The notes: generated by a model from the sequence alone, not told the origin. A stretch of DNA of 63,785 nt, filler included, from Reclinomonas americana ATCC 50394 (GCA_048213135.1; 20 parts of 20 records of this genome joined end to end with filler, not necessarily neighbours in it), one strand, 5' to 3'; numbered from the whole stretch's first letter, positions 1-14,600 are shown. Numbers and translations are program-made.

Positions 1-711
1 GAAGGGGGAAAAGGGGGAAGGGGGAAAGGGGAAGGTGACAGGGGGAAGTGAAGGGAGAAGGTGGCGGGAGATTGTCTGCTGGGAAGGATTCGCATGAGAG
101 ACGGGAATGGGTGAAACCTCGCTGTCATCGTTTCTGCCTCTGTTATTCTCTTCTTTCCCTTCCATTTTCCTGTTTCTTCTCTCCTATCTCTTCCTCTTTC
201 GTTCTGCCCACCTCTCTCTTTTGTGAGAAGGATGTTTGCGTCACTTCTTTCTGCTTCTGTCATTCTCTTCTGCTCTCCTTCCCACATTTTTCTTTTGATC
301 TCTGCTCCCTTCCTGTTTTTTCTCTCCTATCTCCCCTCTGTCGTTCTGCCCTTCTCTCTCTTTTTGCAGTGAGAAAGGATGTGTGCGTGCGAGTGCATTG
401 GTGAACCCACGCTGTCATTGCTGTTTGCCCTTGTCACTCTCTTCTGCTCTCCTTCTCTTGAAATCTCTGTCTCCTTCCTGTTTCTTCTCTCCTATTTCTT
501 CCTCTTGCTCTGCCCTTCTCCTTGTCCCTCACCACCCTTTCCTTCTTTTCCCTTTCCCACCCCGGCGAATGACCATTTTTGTCGTGTTCGGGATGCCCGG
601 TTTGTCGACGTGTTTGGAAGGTGGCGTTGGGAGGGGGGAACTAAATAGGCGGAGGGTATCTGTTGCGTGAATTTACACTCAGCAGTGAGCGAAGAGAGAA
701 GAGAGAGTGGA

Positions 712-2598
712 ATGAGAGAGTATTATCTTCTCGTCTTGGTTATCGCGGTGGCGATCTCGTGTGTGGCGCACGCCGAGCAGTACACCGAGGCGAATGCCGC
801 GGACGAGAAGCTGTTCATGGAGATGGCTGGTGCGTCGCCGTGCGTGTGTGTTGGAGAGGGGAAGGCGTGTCTCATCAGTCAACCGCAGTGACCGCGACGC
901 TCACCTCGCACTATCTCGTTCGGGTGACGCCGTTTCCGCTGACGCCGCCGGTGCAAATGACGGCGACGACGGTGTGCGGGAGTGAGGATTCGTGGGTGTT
1001 TGCGCAGCCGACGAGGGCGAGGGTGGAGGTAAATAGGAGAAGGGAGATAAGGGGAAGGGAGGGGGAGGGGAAGGGAGATAAGGGGACGGGAGGGGGAGGG
1101 GAACGGGGGGGGGAATGAATGACAGAGAAGAGAGGACGGGCTAGAGAAAGGGGAGAAGAAAAAGTGAGGAAGGGCAAAGTAGAGAAACGCGAGGAAGGGG
1201 CCGAGAGATGAAGAGTTGGGAACAAGAAGGAAGAGGCTGGGAGATAAAATGAAGAGACGGAGAAGGAAGGGAGCTGAAATGGAAGAGACGGAGGGGCGGA
1301 AGTAACACAGCGGCGATGGACGACGCAGGTAGGGATCGAAGAGCGGGAATAATGAATGGAGGGACGAAGAGAACAGAAAGGGGAACGAGCGAGTGAGGAG
1401 GGAGAATTTGAGACTCATACAGAGGGAGACATTGGAAGGGAATGAAAAAGAAGAGGATAACACACACGCGCACACACACAGAGAGAGAGAGGAGGGGGGG
1501 AGAGAGAAGAGAGAACGAGAGAGGCTGGGACAGGAAGGAAAGGGAAAGCGACTCATTCTTTCTTCACAGATGGCACTGGAGGTCGTGAGCAATCCAGCGA
1601 CGCCGGCCGACAGCTATTGGTACTCGTGGAACCGCACTTGCTATGGTCTGTTTATTCGTCTCATCGGGCAAGGAAGTTGAGTGCACTCACCTCCTGCGCA
1701 GTCACCAAGTGCACACCGGCCAACACCGTCAACATCAACGTGCTGCAGTGCGGCTCGTGCGTGACGTTGACGGCGGCCGCGGGGTGCGAGCAGACGCAGT
1801 CGGCCGTGCTGCGGGCGTACCAGTTACGGGAGGGAGAAGGAGAGAGAGGGAGGGAAAGAGACGGAGGGAGTGAGAGGGGAGAGACGGGGGGAAGGAGGGT
1901 GGGAAGGAGAGAGAGACAGACACACAGAAAGACACACAGACAGACACACACAAAGAGAGAGAGAGAGAGTGAATGAAGGAGAGAAACAGAGAGGAGACGG
2001 AGAGCGGGAGAGCAATAGGAACGGGGTGCCTGCGTTCACAGACGGAGAGGCAGCGCGCTCGAGAGCGAGAGAGAGAGAGAGAGAGTGTGAGAGAGAAGAA
2101 AATGAGTTGCTGAAAATGGATACAGGTCCGACGCCGACGCGTACACTTCGCTGGCTGAGGTTGGCGAGCTGCGCTACCAGCTGCGACAGCTCAGCATATC
2201 ACGCACGCAGTTTGCCACGGGGCTGCGCGCAGTGGAAACGTACATCAATACGCTGTCGTCGGACCGCGTCGACCCCGCCATGCTTTCCCTTGATCAGCGT
2301 GCGGCCGTCGACATCACCAATCACATCACCGCGCTGCAGCGAATCGTGGACCTCGTCAATCCCTCCACGCAGACGCTGTCGATTGTGGCGGCCCAGGTGA
2401 CAGGTGCGTGAAAGGGCGAAAGGGGAAGGGAGGAGAGGAGCGAGAGAGAGCGAGATCCAGCAGGAGAAAGAGACAAAGCACAAGAGAATGGGAGACGGGA
2501 AGGGGGTGAAGAAGAATTCACATCAAAGTGACAAGACATTGAGGGAAAACACGGGAACCTGGGATGAGGTTGAATGAGGAAACTGCATGAAAATGGCA

Positions 2599-2632
<34 letters not shown>

Positions 2633-5600
2633 ACTAGAAAAGAGAGGAAGAAGAGAGAGATAGAGAGAGAAAATGCAAGACGAGTGAGTGGAGAGTGAGG
2701 GAGAGAGGGAAAGAGACAAAAAGGAAGAAGAAGAAGAAGGAGAGAAGCAGTGAGCAAGTCTCAATGTGACAAGCAAAAAGCGTAAATCAGAGTGATTGAT
2801 GATGACAATGCACGACACAATGCACGCATGAAAACAAGTTGAAGCTCTCTCTCTCTCTCTCTGTGTGTGAGTGCGAGTGTGTCTCTCTCTCACATATTCT
2901 CTCTCTCTCTCACAGCCCGCCTCTCCACCTACCCCACCCTCTCCACCACCTCCACCACACTCACCACGGCCGCCTCCACCGCCGACCAACTCTTCACCTC
3001 TCTCCGCACTCTCCTCACACTCAACGCACATGCACCACACACACAGAGAGAGAAAAGTAGAAGGGAAGTGAGGAGCAATGCAGTGAGCACGTCTGGCAAC
3101 GTTGTGTACGAGGAGGGGAGAGAATGCAAGAGGAGTGTTGAGAGAGTGAAGGAGACAAAGGAAGAAGAAGAAGAGAGCGGGAGCACGTCTCTATGTAAAG
3201 CAACATTGTGTAAACGGAGGGCAGACAAGTCATAGAGAGAGAGAGAGAATGCAAGAGGAGTGGGTGGGGAGAGCGAGAAAGAGCGAGAGAGACAGAAGAA
3301 GAGGAAGAAGAAGAAGAAGACGAAGAAGAAGAAGGAGAGACAGTGAGCAATTCGCAATGTGACAAGCAAAGAGCGGAAATCAGAGTGATTGATGATGACA
3401 ATGCACGACACAATGCACGCATAAACACAAGTTGAAACTCTCTCTCATTGTGTGCGAGGTGTGTGTCTCTATCACTCACATATTCTCTCTTTCTCTCACA
3501 GCCCGCCTCTCCACCTACCCCACTCTCTCCACCACCTCCACCACACTCACCACGGCCGCCTCCACCGCCGACCAACTCTTCACCTCTCTCCGCACTCTCC
3601 TCACACTCAACGCACAACAACAACAACAACAACAACCGGGTCCGGGCGGAGTCGCCTTGCCGTTTCTCACCGCCTCCGATAAAACAACGCTGTTGGCGCC
3701 ACTTGCAACGGCCGCGGCGAGTGACGTGGTGGCGGAGGTGGTGCGCGCGTGTGGAGAAGTCGTGGAGGGTGTAAAGGCAATTGGGGATGATAACGCCTTT
3801 TCTACAGTCGAAAGGTGAGATTTGGCGGGAGAGAACGTTACGCATGTGCCTCTCTCTTTCTTTCTTCGGCGGGAAACGATGTTGGGAATGCGCATGGGAA
3901 AGGGAAACGACTTGTGAATTATGAAGCTGTCTCTCTCGTTCTTCTTTCCTTTCCTCCTTGCGAGTATGAAGATTACGAGTGCAGTATACTTCTTGCGGCG
4001 AGAAACGAGCTTGCGAATGGGAACGGGAATTGAGAAGCTGTTCTCTTTCTGCTCTCCTTTCGACTTCATCTTTTCTTTGCGCTTGTGGGGGACGACGATG
4101 GGAACGAATGGGAAAGCGTGAAGTCTCTCTTTGTTCTTTGTTCTTTCTTCTTTCTTCTTCTCTCTTCTCTTGTTCTTTCTTTCTGAGTTTCTCTCCGCCA
4201 CCGATAAAACAACGCTGTTGGCGCCACTTGCAACGGCCGCGGCGAGTGACGTGGTGGCGGAGGTGGTGCGCGCGTGTGGAGAAGTCGTGGAGGGCGTGAA
4301 AGCGGTTGGCGATGATAACGCTTTTTCTACAGTGGAAAGGTGAGAATTGGCGGGAGATTAGGGAAGGGTGAGAGAGTGAGAGAGAAGGACGTAAGAGAGC
4401 CACACATGCTTCTCTGTTTCTTTGTACGGTGGGAAACAATGTTGGGAATGCGCATGGGAAAGGGAAATGACTTGTGAATCGAGAAGATCTTGCTCTCATG
4501 CTTCTATTTCCTTTTCTCCGGATCCTTGAGAGTATGAAGATTACGAGTGCAGTATGCTCCGTTCTTTCTTCTTGCGGCGAGAAACGAGCTTGCGAATGGG
4601 AACGGGAATTGAGAAGCTGCTCTCTTTCTGCTCTCCTTTCGACTTTCATCTTTCCTTTGCGTGTGAAGAGGCTAGAAGAGCTGCGTCTCTCTCCTCTTTC
4701 TTCTTTCTTCTTTTTTCTTTCTTCTTCTTCTCTTTCTCTCTCTCTCTCTCTCTTTCTGAGTTTCTCTCCGCCACCGATAAAACAACGCTCTTGGCGCCAC
4801 TTGCAACGGCCGCGGCGAGTGACGTGGTGGCGGAGGTGGTACGCGCGTGTGGAGAAGCGGTGGAGGGTGGAAAAGCCAATCGGAGAGGAGGAGAGAAGGG
4901 CGCCACTTCTCACTCGATTCTTCTCCTCCACATGCAGGTGCACGGCTCTGGTGCATGCGGTGAGCGATCGAATGCTGGTGCTGATGGCGGTGGCGGTGGA
5001 GCGCCTGCTGGTGGAGTGCCAGGGGATGCGGTTCACGCCGACGTGCAGAGGTGAGCGAGTGTGGGAAAGAGGAAAGGGGAGTTGTTGACGTCTCACCCTT
5101 CTCCCCTTCCCACAGCAACGGCCTCGCAGTGCCCCTGCCCCGCCGGCACGCTGCAAGTGAGCCAGCTGGTCACCGACTCGCGCACCCTCGCCACGTCGAT
5201 GAGCACGGCGCTCACGGACTTGCGCACGAAAATGACCACGGTGACGAATGGGGGTGGCGCGCAGACGCAGGCAGTCACCGATGCGCTGGCGATGATCAGA
5301 TGTCTTGGGTGGACGCTGAGCACGAGAATAGATCGGTGAGGCGAATGGGGAAGGATGGAGGGAGAGGGGAAAGGGAAAAGGAGGCGAAGAGAGACGGAGA
5401 GGGAGAGGAGAGGGGGAAGCTTGGGAAAGAGGTGAGGGTTGCGGGGCAAGGGTCGAGGGTCGAGGGTCGAGGGTCGAGGGTTGAGAGTGGAGGGTTGAGG
5501 TTCGAGGGTTGCAGGTCGAGGGTTGAGGGTTGCGGGTCGAAGGTCGAGGGCTGAGGGTTTAGGGTCGAGGGTTGAGGGTTGAGGGCTGAGGGTGGCATGT

Positions 5601-8600
5601 CGAGATTAAGGGTTGCGGGTTGCGGGCTGAGGGTTGCGGCTTGAGGGATGCAGATCGTTTGCTACCTCTGACGCTGTCTCTCTTGTGCAGGCTTGCCTCC
5701 TGGGTGTTCTCTGACGCAGCCACTGCTGTGGATGCTGTGGCGGCGGCCGGAGCCGCCAGCGACACCTACGTGTGCACATTCGCGTGGGACCGAAGGAAGA
5801 CCGAGTTGGTGGACTTTGGAGATGCCACGGCGTGCGTGGACACAACCAATCGGTGAGTGATTGCTTGCCAAGACGGGGAAGGGTGGCGGTGGAAGAGGAG
5901 TTGTCCATTTTTCCGATTCATGTCAAGCGAGCGAGATGGCGACTGAGAAGGATTGACAGAGACAAAGGATTGACAGAGACAAAGCGAACGAGAGCCTTGT
6001 AGACTGGGTAGCAGATGCGCTCATGCGTGTTGTTCCTCTAAGAGAATTCATTCTCCGATTTTGGTGCGAAGTGAGAGAGAAGTTGACTGAGAGGGTGAAC
6101 GAGAACGAGAGGGAAGGCTAGGAATGTGCGAGCAGAGTGAGCAAGCTGTTTTGAGGCAGGGGGACGCGAGCAGGTCGTTCCTCTCTGAGTGTGGCGGAAG
6201 AGAGACGCGTGAGTTTCGGTTTCTCCGATTTGATGCAATGTGAGAGAAAAGGCGACTGAGATGGCTACAGCGTGCGGGAGGAAAGTTTGCGTGCGGGTGA
6301 GCAGAGAGATAAGGACGCTCTGAGACAGATGGCTAGCCTTTATCCGTCCCGCTCTTCAAATGGCAGAGACGAGAGAGTGTGAGTTTCGATTTCTCCGATT
6401 TTGATGCGAATTGGGAGAGAAGGTACTGAGAGGGCGTTAGTGTGCGAGAGGGAAGGTAAAGAGCGTGCGAGCAGAGGGAGTAAGAGGCCTACGTGCGGAT
6501 GTACGCTTGCAATCCACCCCCCTTTCAACGTGGCAGAGGCGAGAGAGCGTGAGTGGCGATTTCTCCGATTTTGATGCGAAGTGGGAGAGAAGGATGCCGT
6601 GACTGAGAACGTCAGCGAGGGGGATGTCTGGGAGAGGGTGCAGTCGTAAAGCTAGTGTGCTGTATACAGACAAACCCTTGCAATCAATTCCCCTTTCAGT
6701 GTGGCAGAGGCGATAGAGTGCGTGCCTGTTTCGCCGACTTTGGTGTGCAGTGAGATGAGAACGTGACCGAGAAGGGGAAAGCGCAAGCAGGAAGCAGGGG
6801 AGACACTAAGGAGTTAGCTCAAGAGGTTTCTATACATCTGCACCCTTGCAAGCCATCCCGCTCTCACAGAGACAGAGGTGAGAGAGTGTGAGTGGTGATT
6901 TCCCGATATTTTTGCTTATCAGAGAAAAAGTGATCAAGAGGGCAAATGAGTGAGCAAGAGAAGGCGCCAAACGAGTGAGCAGGTGTAGAAGGAGGTTGCA
7001 ATGTGGATGCACGCCTGCAAGCCATCCCGCTCTCATAGAGACAGAGGCGAGAGTGTTTGTGCAACTCTTTCTCCAATTTATGTATAATATGAGAGAGCCA
7101 GTGATGTGCAAAGCAAGAGGGAGGGCTGCCAGTCATTGTGCTGAAGTGCTTGATGTGGGTGCGCTCTTACAACCTGTCCCTCTCTGACATGCAGCAAAAC
7201 CTGCACCATCACCGGATCCCTCGCAGCGACAAGCGTATTCGCCGTGGAGCCGACACAGGCCATGGCCGTGGCCTCGTCGTGGACCACATTCAACCCCGAC
7301 AAGAAGGCGCTGCAGTTTGTGGGAGGTCTGCTTCACCTAAGAGATCACCGCCCTTCCCCCCTCCCTCTCACTTCCAGCCTTTCTCCAGGAGTGGGCTACT
7401 TGGCACGCCGGCGACGACACCTGCTGGCGTTGGGCGACGAGGAGGAGGGGGCGGAGGCAAAGTTGGTGCCGGGCGGGCGATTCCGTGTGGGCCGGCGGCT
7501 GCTGGACAAGACGTGCCCGGGAGGGTCGAGCACGTGTGGCGCGGGGTATTACTGCGAGTTGTCGCTGGTGTCGGGGTTCACCGGGAGGTGAGTCGTAGGA
7601 GAAGAAGGAGAGGGGAGGGGGGAAGGGAGGGGACGGAGAGGGGCAACTCTGCGCACTCTGTTGAGCATCTCCTGTGTCTGTGTCTCCAAGCGTCATGTTT
7701 GCCTTGCATCCACGACCCCTTGACTCCTGCCTCCTTTATTTATTCCTGTATGTTCAGCTCTGCGCCTCAAGACTTTCCCTCTCTCATCTTGAACCCCTTG
7801 CATCCACGACCAACCTGTCCCTTGTTGACAGTCTTGCCTCCACCCTCAAGTCTTTCCCATTCTCTGAACGCCTCACTCCTTTCANNNNNNNNNNNNNNNN
7901 NNNNNNNNNNNNNNNNNNNNNNNNNNNNTTAATTAATTAANNNNNNNNNNNNNNNNNNNNNNNNNNNNNNNNNNNNNNNNNNNNAGAGAGAGAGAGAGAG
8001 GGTGAGAGAGAGGGAACAAACAGAGACAGAGTGTGGGATGCTGTGGAGCTGTGAGAAAGAAGAGACAAAGAGAAAAGAGTCAGAAAGAGAGGAACAGAGG
8101 GGGAAAGAGGGAAGGCAAGAAGGAAAAGAGCCGAGAGAAGAGGTACAAGAATCAGGGAGTGAGACAAGTATAGAGAGAGGGAAGGAGAGGGAACTGGCAA
8201 AGACAGAGTGAGAGAGAACACACAGAGAATGAGAATCAGAAAGAGAGGAACAGAGGGGGAAGAAGGAGAGGAGCTGAAAGAGAAGAGAGAGAGTCAGACT
8301 GAGATATTATCGCTTCACTCACTCCTCCCTTCCCCCTTCTCATCAGGAGACATGCGTGGCCGTCGCAATCGGCCAGTACAGCCCGCCGCTGAGCTCGTTT
8401 GTCGGCACGTGCTCGTTTCCGTCGGGGTCGGATGCGCTGTTTTATGATTTTACGTCGAATGGCGCGTCGGAGTTTGGGTGTGCGACGGCGCTGCGGAGGA
8501 AGGTGGTGTTGCAGGCGACGGATGCGGTGGGAACGTGAGTGGGGAGAGGGGAAGGGGTGAGGGGGGAAGGGATAGAAGGGGAAGGAGATGGGAGACAAGG

Positions 8601-11600
8601 GGAGCCAGATAGAGCAGCGAGGGAGTGGTTCAAAGAAAGGCAGAAGTTTAGAAGGAATGAGATGCGACAACTGGAGAGGGACTTCGATGGAGATTGGTGT
8701 TGCAAGCGAGCAACAAGTGAGTGGGTGCTGCCAATGGTGCAATAGAGAGGTACTGTGTGAGAGTGACAAGCTCTTTATTGGTTTCAGGATAGTGGGGTCA
8801 TACTTCCTCTGTTGTCGAAGAGCTCACTCTTTCTCTTTCGTCTCTCGCAGAGTGTCACATCTGCTGGCGGCACTTGATGGGGCGCTTGCGATGCAGTTCC
8901 GCGTTGATGTGAGCGGAGTGACGGCGGCGGCGATGGTGTTGTGGCGGTTCGCGGGGTATTGGAGTGTCGAGGTGCAGAAGGTGGCGAACATGAATGTGTG
9001 GCAGGTGAGTGGGAAAGGGAGAGAGGGGGGAAAGGAGTGGAAGATGGGAAGGGAAGTAAGGAGTAGAGAAGTGGAAGGGCAGAGAATGACACAGTGGACG
9101 GCAGAAGGATTGCGTTTCTCCTGATTCTCGCCGCCGATGGTTGCGTCAGTGAAACTGCGAACATGAGGCGTGTGGACAAGGGATGGCTACGAAAGCGCGC
9201 AGTTTCTTCATCATTGCTGTCTTCTGTTCTCCGTGAGGGTCCATTTCTCTCCTTAACGACGGCTAGCGAGCTATTGCGGTTGCTGTTTCCGACATGGTTT
9301 CGGGTTTTGTAGGTTGCTTTCATCAGTGGTGGTGTCACCAGCACGGCGACGCTGCCGAATGGCGCGGCGACCAAGTTGATTGAACTGCGCGTGAATGGCG
9401 CACAGCTGGAATTCTTTGCAGATTCTGCGAGGTGAGGTTGGGGAAGGGCAAGGGAGAGCGAGAGAAAAGAGATGGCGAGAAAGAGAAAGAAGGGGGCGTT
9501 GGTAAAGCGTTAGATGGCGAGACTGGGATGGAGAGAAACTCAGATTGACTGTGAAAGAGTGGAAAACATCGACAGGTTGATTTCGCGAGAGCGAGAGAGA
9601 TTGCAAACGAGTGAGAAGCAAGAGTCTCACCTTTTGTGGTTCAGGGTGCTTCTGTTGGCCTTCACGAGTGTCGCGGGCGTGACGGATCCAATGTTGCGTG
9701 ACTCCCTATCAGTCAAGTCAGCTCCGTCTCACTCGTGCTCTGCAGTGCCCAACCGATCCAGCTGGTGTCCAACCCGATTGCGCCGTTTGTTCTGGACGTG
9801 CTGCGATTGGAGCAGGCACTGCCTCCGCCGCGGTTGACAGGTGAGTGACTGCTATTGTGCACATTTGTGAGGGAGTATGTTTATTCTCCTTCTGCGACCC
9901 TCAGCACTTCCGCGGCTTGTGCCTGTGCGCACTTGCGATCCGCTGTTGGAGCGGCAGTCGACGAGTTGTGTGTCGCGGTGCCTGGCGCAGCAGACGGTGG
10001 CGAATGGTGGTGATACATGCGCTTGTGTGGATGGTGTGTGCCAACAGCTCGGACAAAGCACTCGAGTGCCTGATGGTAACACATTGTCGCACAGGCACAT
10101 CAGTGTTGCTGGGCCAGCAATGCGCTCCTGCCTGTCCAGCGAGCATGGTTCGCGAGTCGTCGGACCGGTGCATGTGTGGTGAGAACAAGTTTGCTGTGTG
10201 GAGGGCACAGTACGTGACGATTGCAACCAAGTATCAAGTTAACGACGCAAGAAATACGTGGAGTGGAATGTGCGTGATGTGACTTTAAGATCTATCTCTG
10301 CGCCATGTATGTTCTCATGGACTTCGTAGTGGCAATGGTATAACCCTTCTGCAGATGAAGCTGTATGGGACTGACGGGACGCAGCTTTCGATTCAGCGCT
10401 GTCGTGATTCGAATGATCAGTTGTGGGTGTGTGAACATATGGCAAGTGTCTGCTCCACAAGCACGCTAACTGTGAACTGTAGCGAACAGTTTGTGTTCCT
10501 CCTGCGTCAGCATTGGCGACTTCAAGCGATTGGGGCTGGTTTACTGCAGACCTTGGCACCGTCACCGATATTTCGCGGGTCAATTTGTACAATCCAGCCG
10601 CGAGAGGCATTCGAGCGGTTAGTGGCAGCGTGCACGTATTTTGTCATATTGCTGAAACGCACGATTACAGGCACGCCTCTGGGCTGCGACTGTCGACAAC
10701 ACATTTGCATCCTTGCTCGTGGACGATCTTGAGATTCCGCAATTTGCTTTCATCGGCGAGCGTCCCCAGTCCGTCTCCCTCACCGTCTCCTCCCGCTCCC
10801 AATCCACCATCGACAACCCCTACATCTCCTGCGCCTCCTGCCTCCCCACCACCACCGTCACCGGTGTCTCCCTTCCCCCACGCAACGACGCCACCACCTG
10901 CGGCTGCACCCTCGGCACGCGCATCTTTGAGCGCTGCATCAGCACCCTCACCGCCCCCACCTTCTCCATCGCCCCCGGCACCTACGCCTACGGCACCACC
11001 GTGCAGATCGTGTTCCCCGCAGTGACGTGGAGTTGCGTGCTACCCCCACCTCACTTCTCTCCTNNNNNNNNNNNNNNNNNNNNNNNNNNNNNNNNNNNNN
11101 NNNNNNNTTAATTAATTAANNNNNNNNNNNNNNNNNNNNNNNNNNNNNNNNNNNNNNNNNNNNCACCTCCACCACCCTCTCCAGCACCTACCTCGTGCAA
11201 GGCCCGCTGGCCACCGTCAGCTTCACCGGCGTCGCCACCAACTACGCCGGCGTCATCACCCTCGCCTTCCCCAACGAGACCGACGCCACGATTGCGGTGG
11301 TGTGGACGCACACGCGGTGAGTCGGGGGGGCAAAGGAGGGAGGTGGTGGCATGATAGAGAGAGAGAGAGGCAGGGAGAGAGAGGAAGAGAGAGGAAGAGA
11401 GAGAGGGAGAGCCAAGACATGCATGTCGAGGGTCACAGAAGCAGCCACTTCACTGATGACGAATCTCGTCCATGCCTGCGAAGATAGACAAGAAAACATA
11501 GATACCAAAAGTGTTTCCACACAGATATGAGAACGCTGACACCAACAGAGCGGCCAAGCAGATTAAAGAACACTGGCATTAGGATATGCGATCACGCAAA

Positions 11601-14600
11601 AAGGGTGTGAAAGACATACACGTGTGTGAAAAGACTGACAATAGAATGCCGACGCCGACAGTGCTGCCAAGGAGACAAGAGAACACTGGCATATGGAAAT
11701 TCGACCAGGCAGTCAAAGAGCTTTGGCATCAAGAGTGTAAGCAGAAAATAGAACGCCGACACGAGGAAATGACCAGATAGCCACCAAGAGTGCGACCAAC
11801 GAATAGCAGTGAAGGTCGAGTGAGGAATGGGACACCATCACTCATCTTGCTTGCAGTGGCGCAACTGTCACGAGTGCCACGTTTGCAGCACCGCAAACAG
11901 TTGGCGCCTGTGCGGGGCAAGACAAGTTTACAGACACGCTGTGTGCCAAGGTCTGCGCACCGCACCAGTCGTATTTGGTTCTCCGCATTGACTTTCTGTT
12001 TCACAGCACACGAAATCCGGAATGCCAGACTCTGATGTCACGTGCATCACAGGTGCGTTGCGCACTATTCCATTCTTTGTTCTGCGTTCTCATCATCTTG
12101 CAGTGGTTGTCTACTGCGCCCCCAATCCACCGATCATCACGGCGACGCCACCTGCCAACGGCGCCATTCTGCCGTATAACGTGTCGATTGCAGCAGGCGA
12201 TGCCTTTACGTGAGTGCTGGGGAAGAGAGGATGACAGGGCTGGGAAACAAGCTTCTTCAATCTTCTCTCAGTATCTCTCTCTCTCTCTGTCTATTTTCCG
12301 GGACCTTCACTTGCTCGCGTGCAGTCTTTTCTTGTTCAGCTCTGAGTCCACCTCATTTCTCGCTTCGCCCACTCGCCCATGAAGTGAGCCTGTGCCATGT
12401 CTCCACTCTTCTCTCTCCACTTCAACGGTGTACCATTAGTACTCCCTGCGCCTTTCCATCTCATTCGTTCTCGCCATCTCTCAAACCGTATCCTCTCCCC
12501 CTCCCTTCTCTTGCCCTCCGCTCGCTCCGAATCTTCGTATGCTTTCATCCCTTCAATCTTCTTTTTTGCTTTCGCCATCGCTTTGTCACTTGACTTTCTT
12601 TTCTTGACACATTTACTTCGCCATTCCTTTCTCCTTCTGCTTTATCCCCATAGCGATTTCCTCTCCCTTCCCTCCCTTCCCATCTCACCCTCCCTTCCCA
12701 TCTCACCCACCCTTCTCCCTTTACCGCAGCACCTCCATCGACTACGAGCAAGTCACCACCGACGGCAACACCGTCATCACCTCCCAGCAACAATACAGCG
12801 CCCCGTTCGTCGCCACACAATACGCCGGTCAGTCGCTCATCCGCTCCATCGCCCGCCGAGTGGTAAGTGCTCGACAGCAAGGCACTCTTATCCTCCTCTC
12901 TTCCCTCACCCTCCCCCCTCCCAGGTCCCCGGTCTGTTCACCGTCTCCAGCACTCGGGCGCAGCAGGTGGTGGTCTACGTGGCGCCCGTCCCACAGCCGA
13001 CGCTCACCCCCGCGCCGGGAGCGTATGGCACGGCCAAGACGGTGACCATGACGACCGACGATTGCAATGTGGTGGTGTATCAGTTGAACGGCGGGAATAT
13101 CACGGTGCGTTGAGAGGAAAGGGCAGGGCAAGGACAGAGAGGGTGTGAGGGAGAAAGAGGAAAGGGGCGGGGCATCAGCATGCAATAATGCAAGCAGAGG
13201 ACTGAAACGGAGAGGACAACTCTTCAGTATCTGCTCTCTTCTTTCTCAAATGTTCTTCTCTCTCCTATTGAATGCTTGGCTTCTCTATGCGTTCTTGTCA
13301 ATTTCCATTATCGTGGCCGTCATTGTTTCTTTCTTCTCCAATTTTTCCTCTGCAATGTCGTCGCTTAAATCTCGCTCATTTTTCTGCTTCTCTTTTGTCC
13401 TCGGCCGCCACCTCTCATTCGTTACCGTTCTGCAGACGGAGTTCTCCATCACTTCTCCTACACTCCTTTGTCTCGCATATCCATTCTGTCACCTCTCTTT
13501 TTCATTCCTTGTTCTTCGTTTCTTCGTCTCTCTCTTTCTCTTTCTTTTTTCTCATCTCTCATTCTCTGTTCTCTTTTCTCTTCTCTCTTTATCCCTTCTC
13601 TTCTTTCTTTCTCCCTTCTCTCCATTCTTTCACTCTTTCTCTCCTCTCTTTTTCCTTTGTTTTTTGTCTTTCTCTCTTTGTCTCTTCTCTTCCTTTCACA
13701 CTTCTCTCTTCTCTCCATTCATTCTCTCTTTCTCTCCTCTCTCTTTCCTTCTTTGTTCTTTGTTTGTCTTTCTCTCTTTCTCCCCTCTCTTCTTTGCACT
13801 CTTCTCACTTCTCTCCATTCTTTCTCTCTTTCTCTCCTCTGTTTTGCCTGCTTTGTTCTTTGTTTGTCTCTCTCTCTCTCTCTTTGTCCCTTCTCTTCTT
13901 TTCACTCTTCTCATTCTGCTTCCCTTCTTCTCTCTCTTTCTCTCTCTCTCGTCTCTTCTCTATTCTCTCTCTCCTTCTCCACTTCCCTGCTCCTCTCTTT
14001 CTCACCTTCCTTTTCTTTCTTTATCTCCTCTCTTTCTCTTTTTTCTCTTTTCTATCCTTTCTCTCCTTTCTCATTTCTCTCCTATTATTATTCTCTCTTC
14101 TCCTCAATTCTCTCCCCTTTGCTCTCCTTTCTCACATTCCCTCCTCCCTTTCCCCCTCCCTTCCCCCTTTTTTCCCCCTTCCCCTCTTCGCAGTTCTACG
14201 ACCCCGCCGGCTCCGGCGTAACCCTCGCCGCCCCCTCCACCCCCGGCGTGCAAGTCTACACCATGGTCATCTCCGTATACATTGTCGCCGAGCCGTGCGT
14301 CAGCATCTACCTCAACAGCGAGTACACCGTGACCTGTGCGTGGAACACGAGATGCGCTATCTTTACTTGCACTCTCTCACCTGTCCACAGACACCATTGT
14401 CAGCGTCTCCCGACCAACCATCACGCCCAACGGTGGCATGTTCATGGCCGCGCAGGCCACCACAGTGCAATGCCCCGACGCCAATTGCACACTGCTCATG
14501 ACGTCATACGACGGCTCCATGACGTCGACAATGTTGCGCAGCACAGCTGTTGACAATGGGTGTCTGTCGCTCACTGCTTGCTGCAGGTCCGGGCAAGCCT

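Noticed and set aside
830..888. Apparent GC-AG intron in the first gene
   Set aside because: A canonical GTGCGT donor with the later CCGCAG acceptor (888) restores the frame.
5450..5647. Telomere-like heptamer array
   Set aside because: Mostly GGGTCGA/GGGTTGA with a single TTTAGGG and located inside an intron; insufficient for an interstitial telomere call.
7929..7940. Palindromic TTAATTAATTAA recurring 19 times
   Set aside because: Always centred in 100-nt N blocks: an artificial linker with stops in all frames, not a transposon footprint. True gap sizes are unknown.
10745..11025. Extensin-like Pro-rich reading (ORF 10513-11025)
   Set aside because: The alternative frame (10713-11111) gives Cys-rich sequence and the TAPTFSIAPGTY repeat start that fits the rest of the protein.
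13145..14190. Long F/L/S-rich and R/E-rich ORFs (also 879-1592, 3021-5156, most of 28134-29228)
   Set aside because: Translations of CT/GA low-complexity introns that lack stops by composition.
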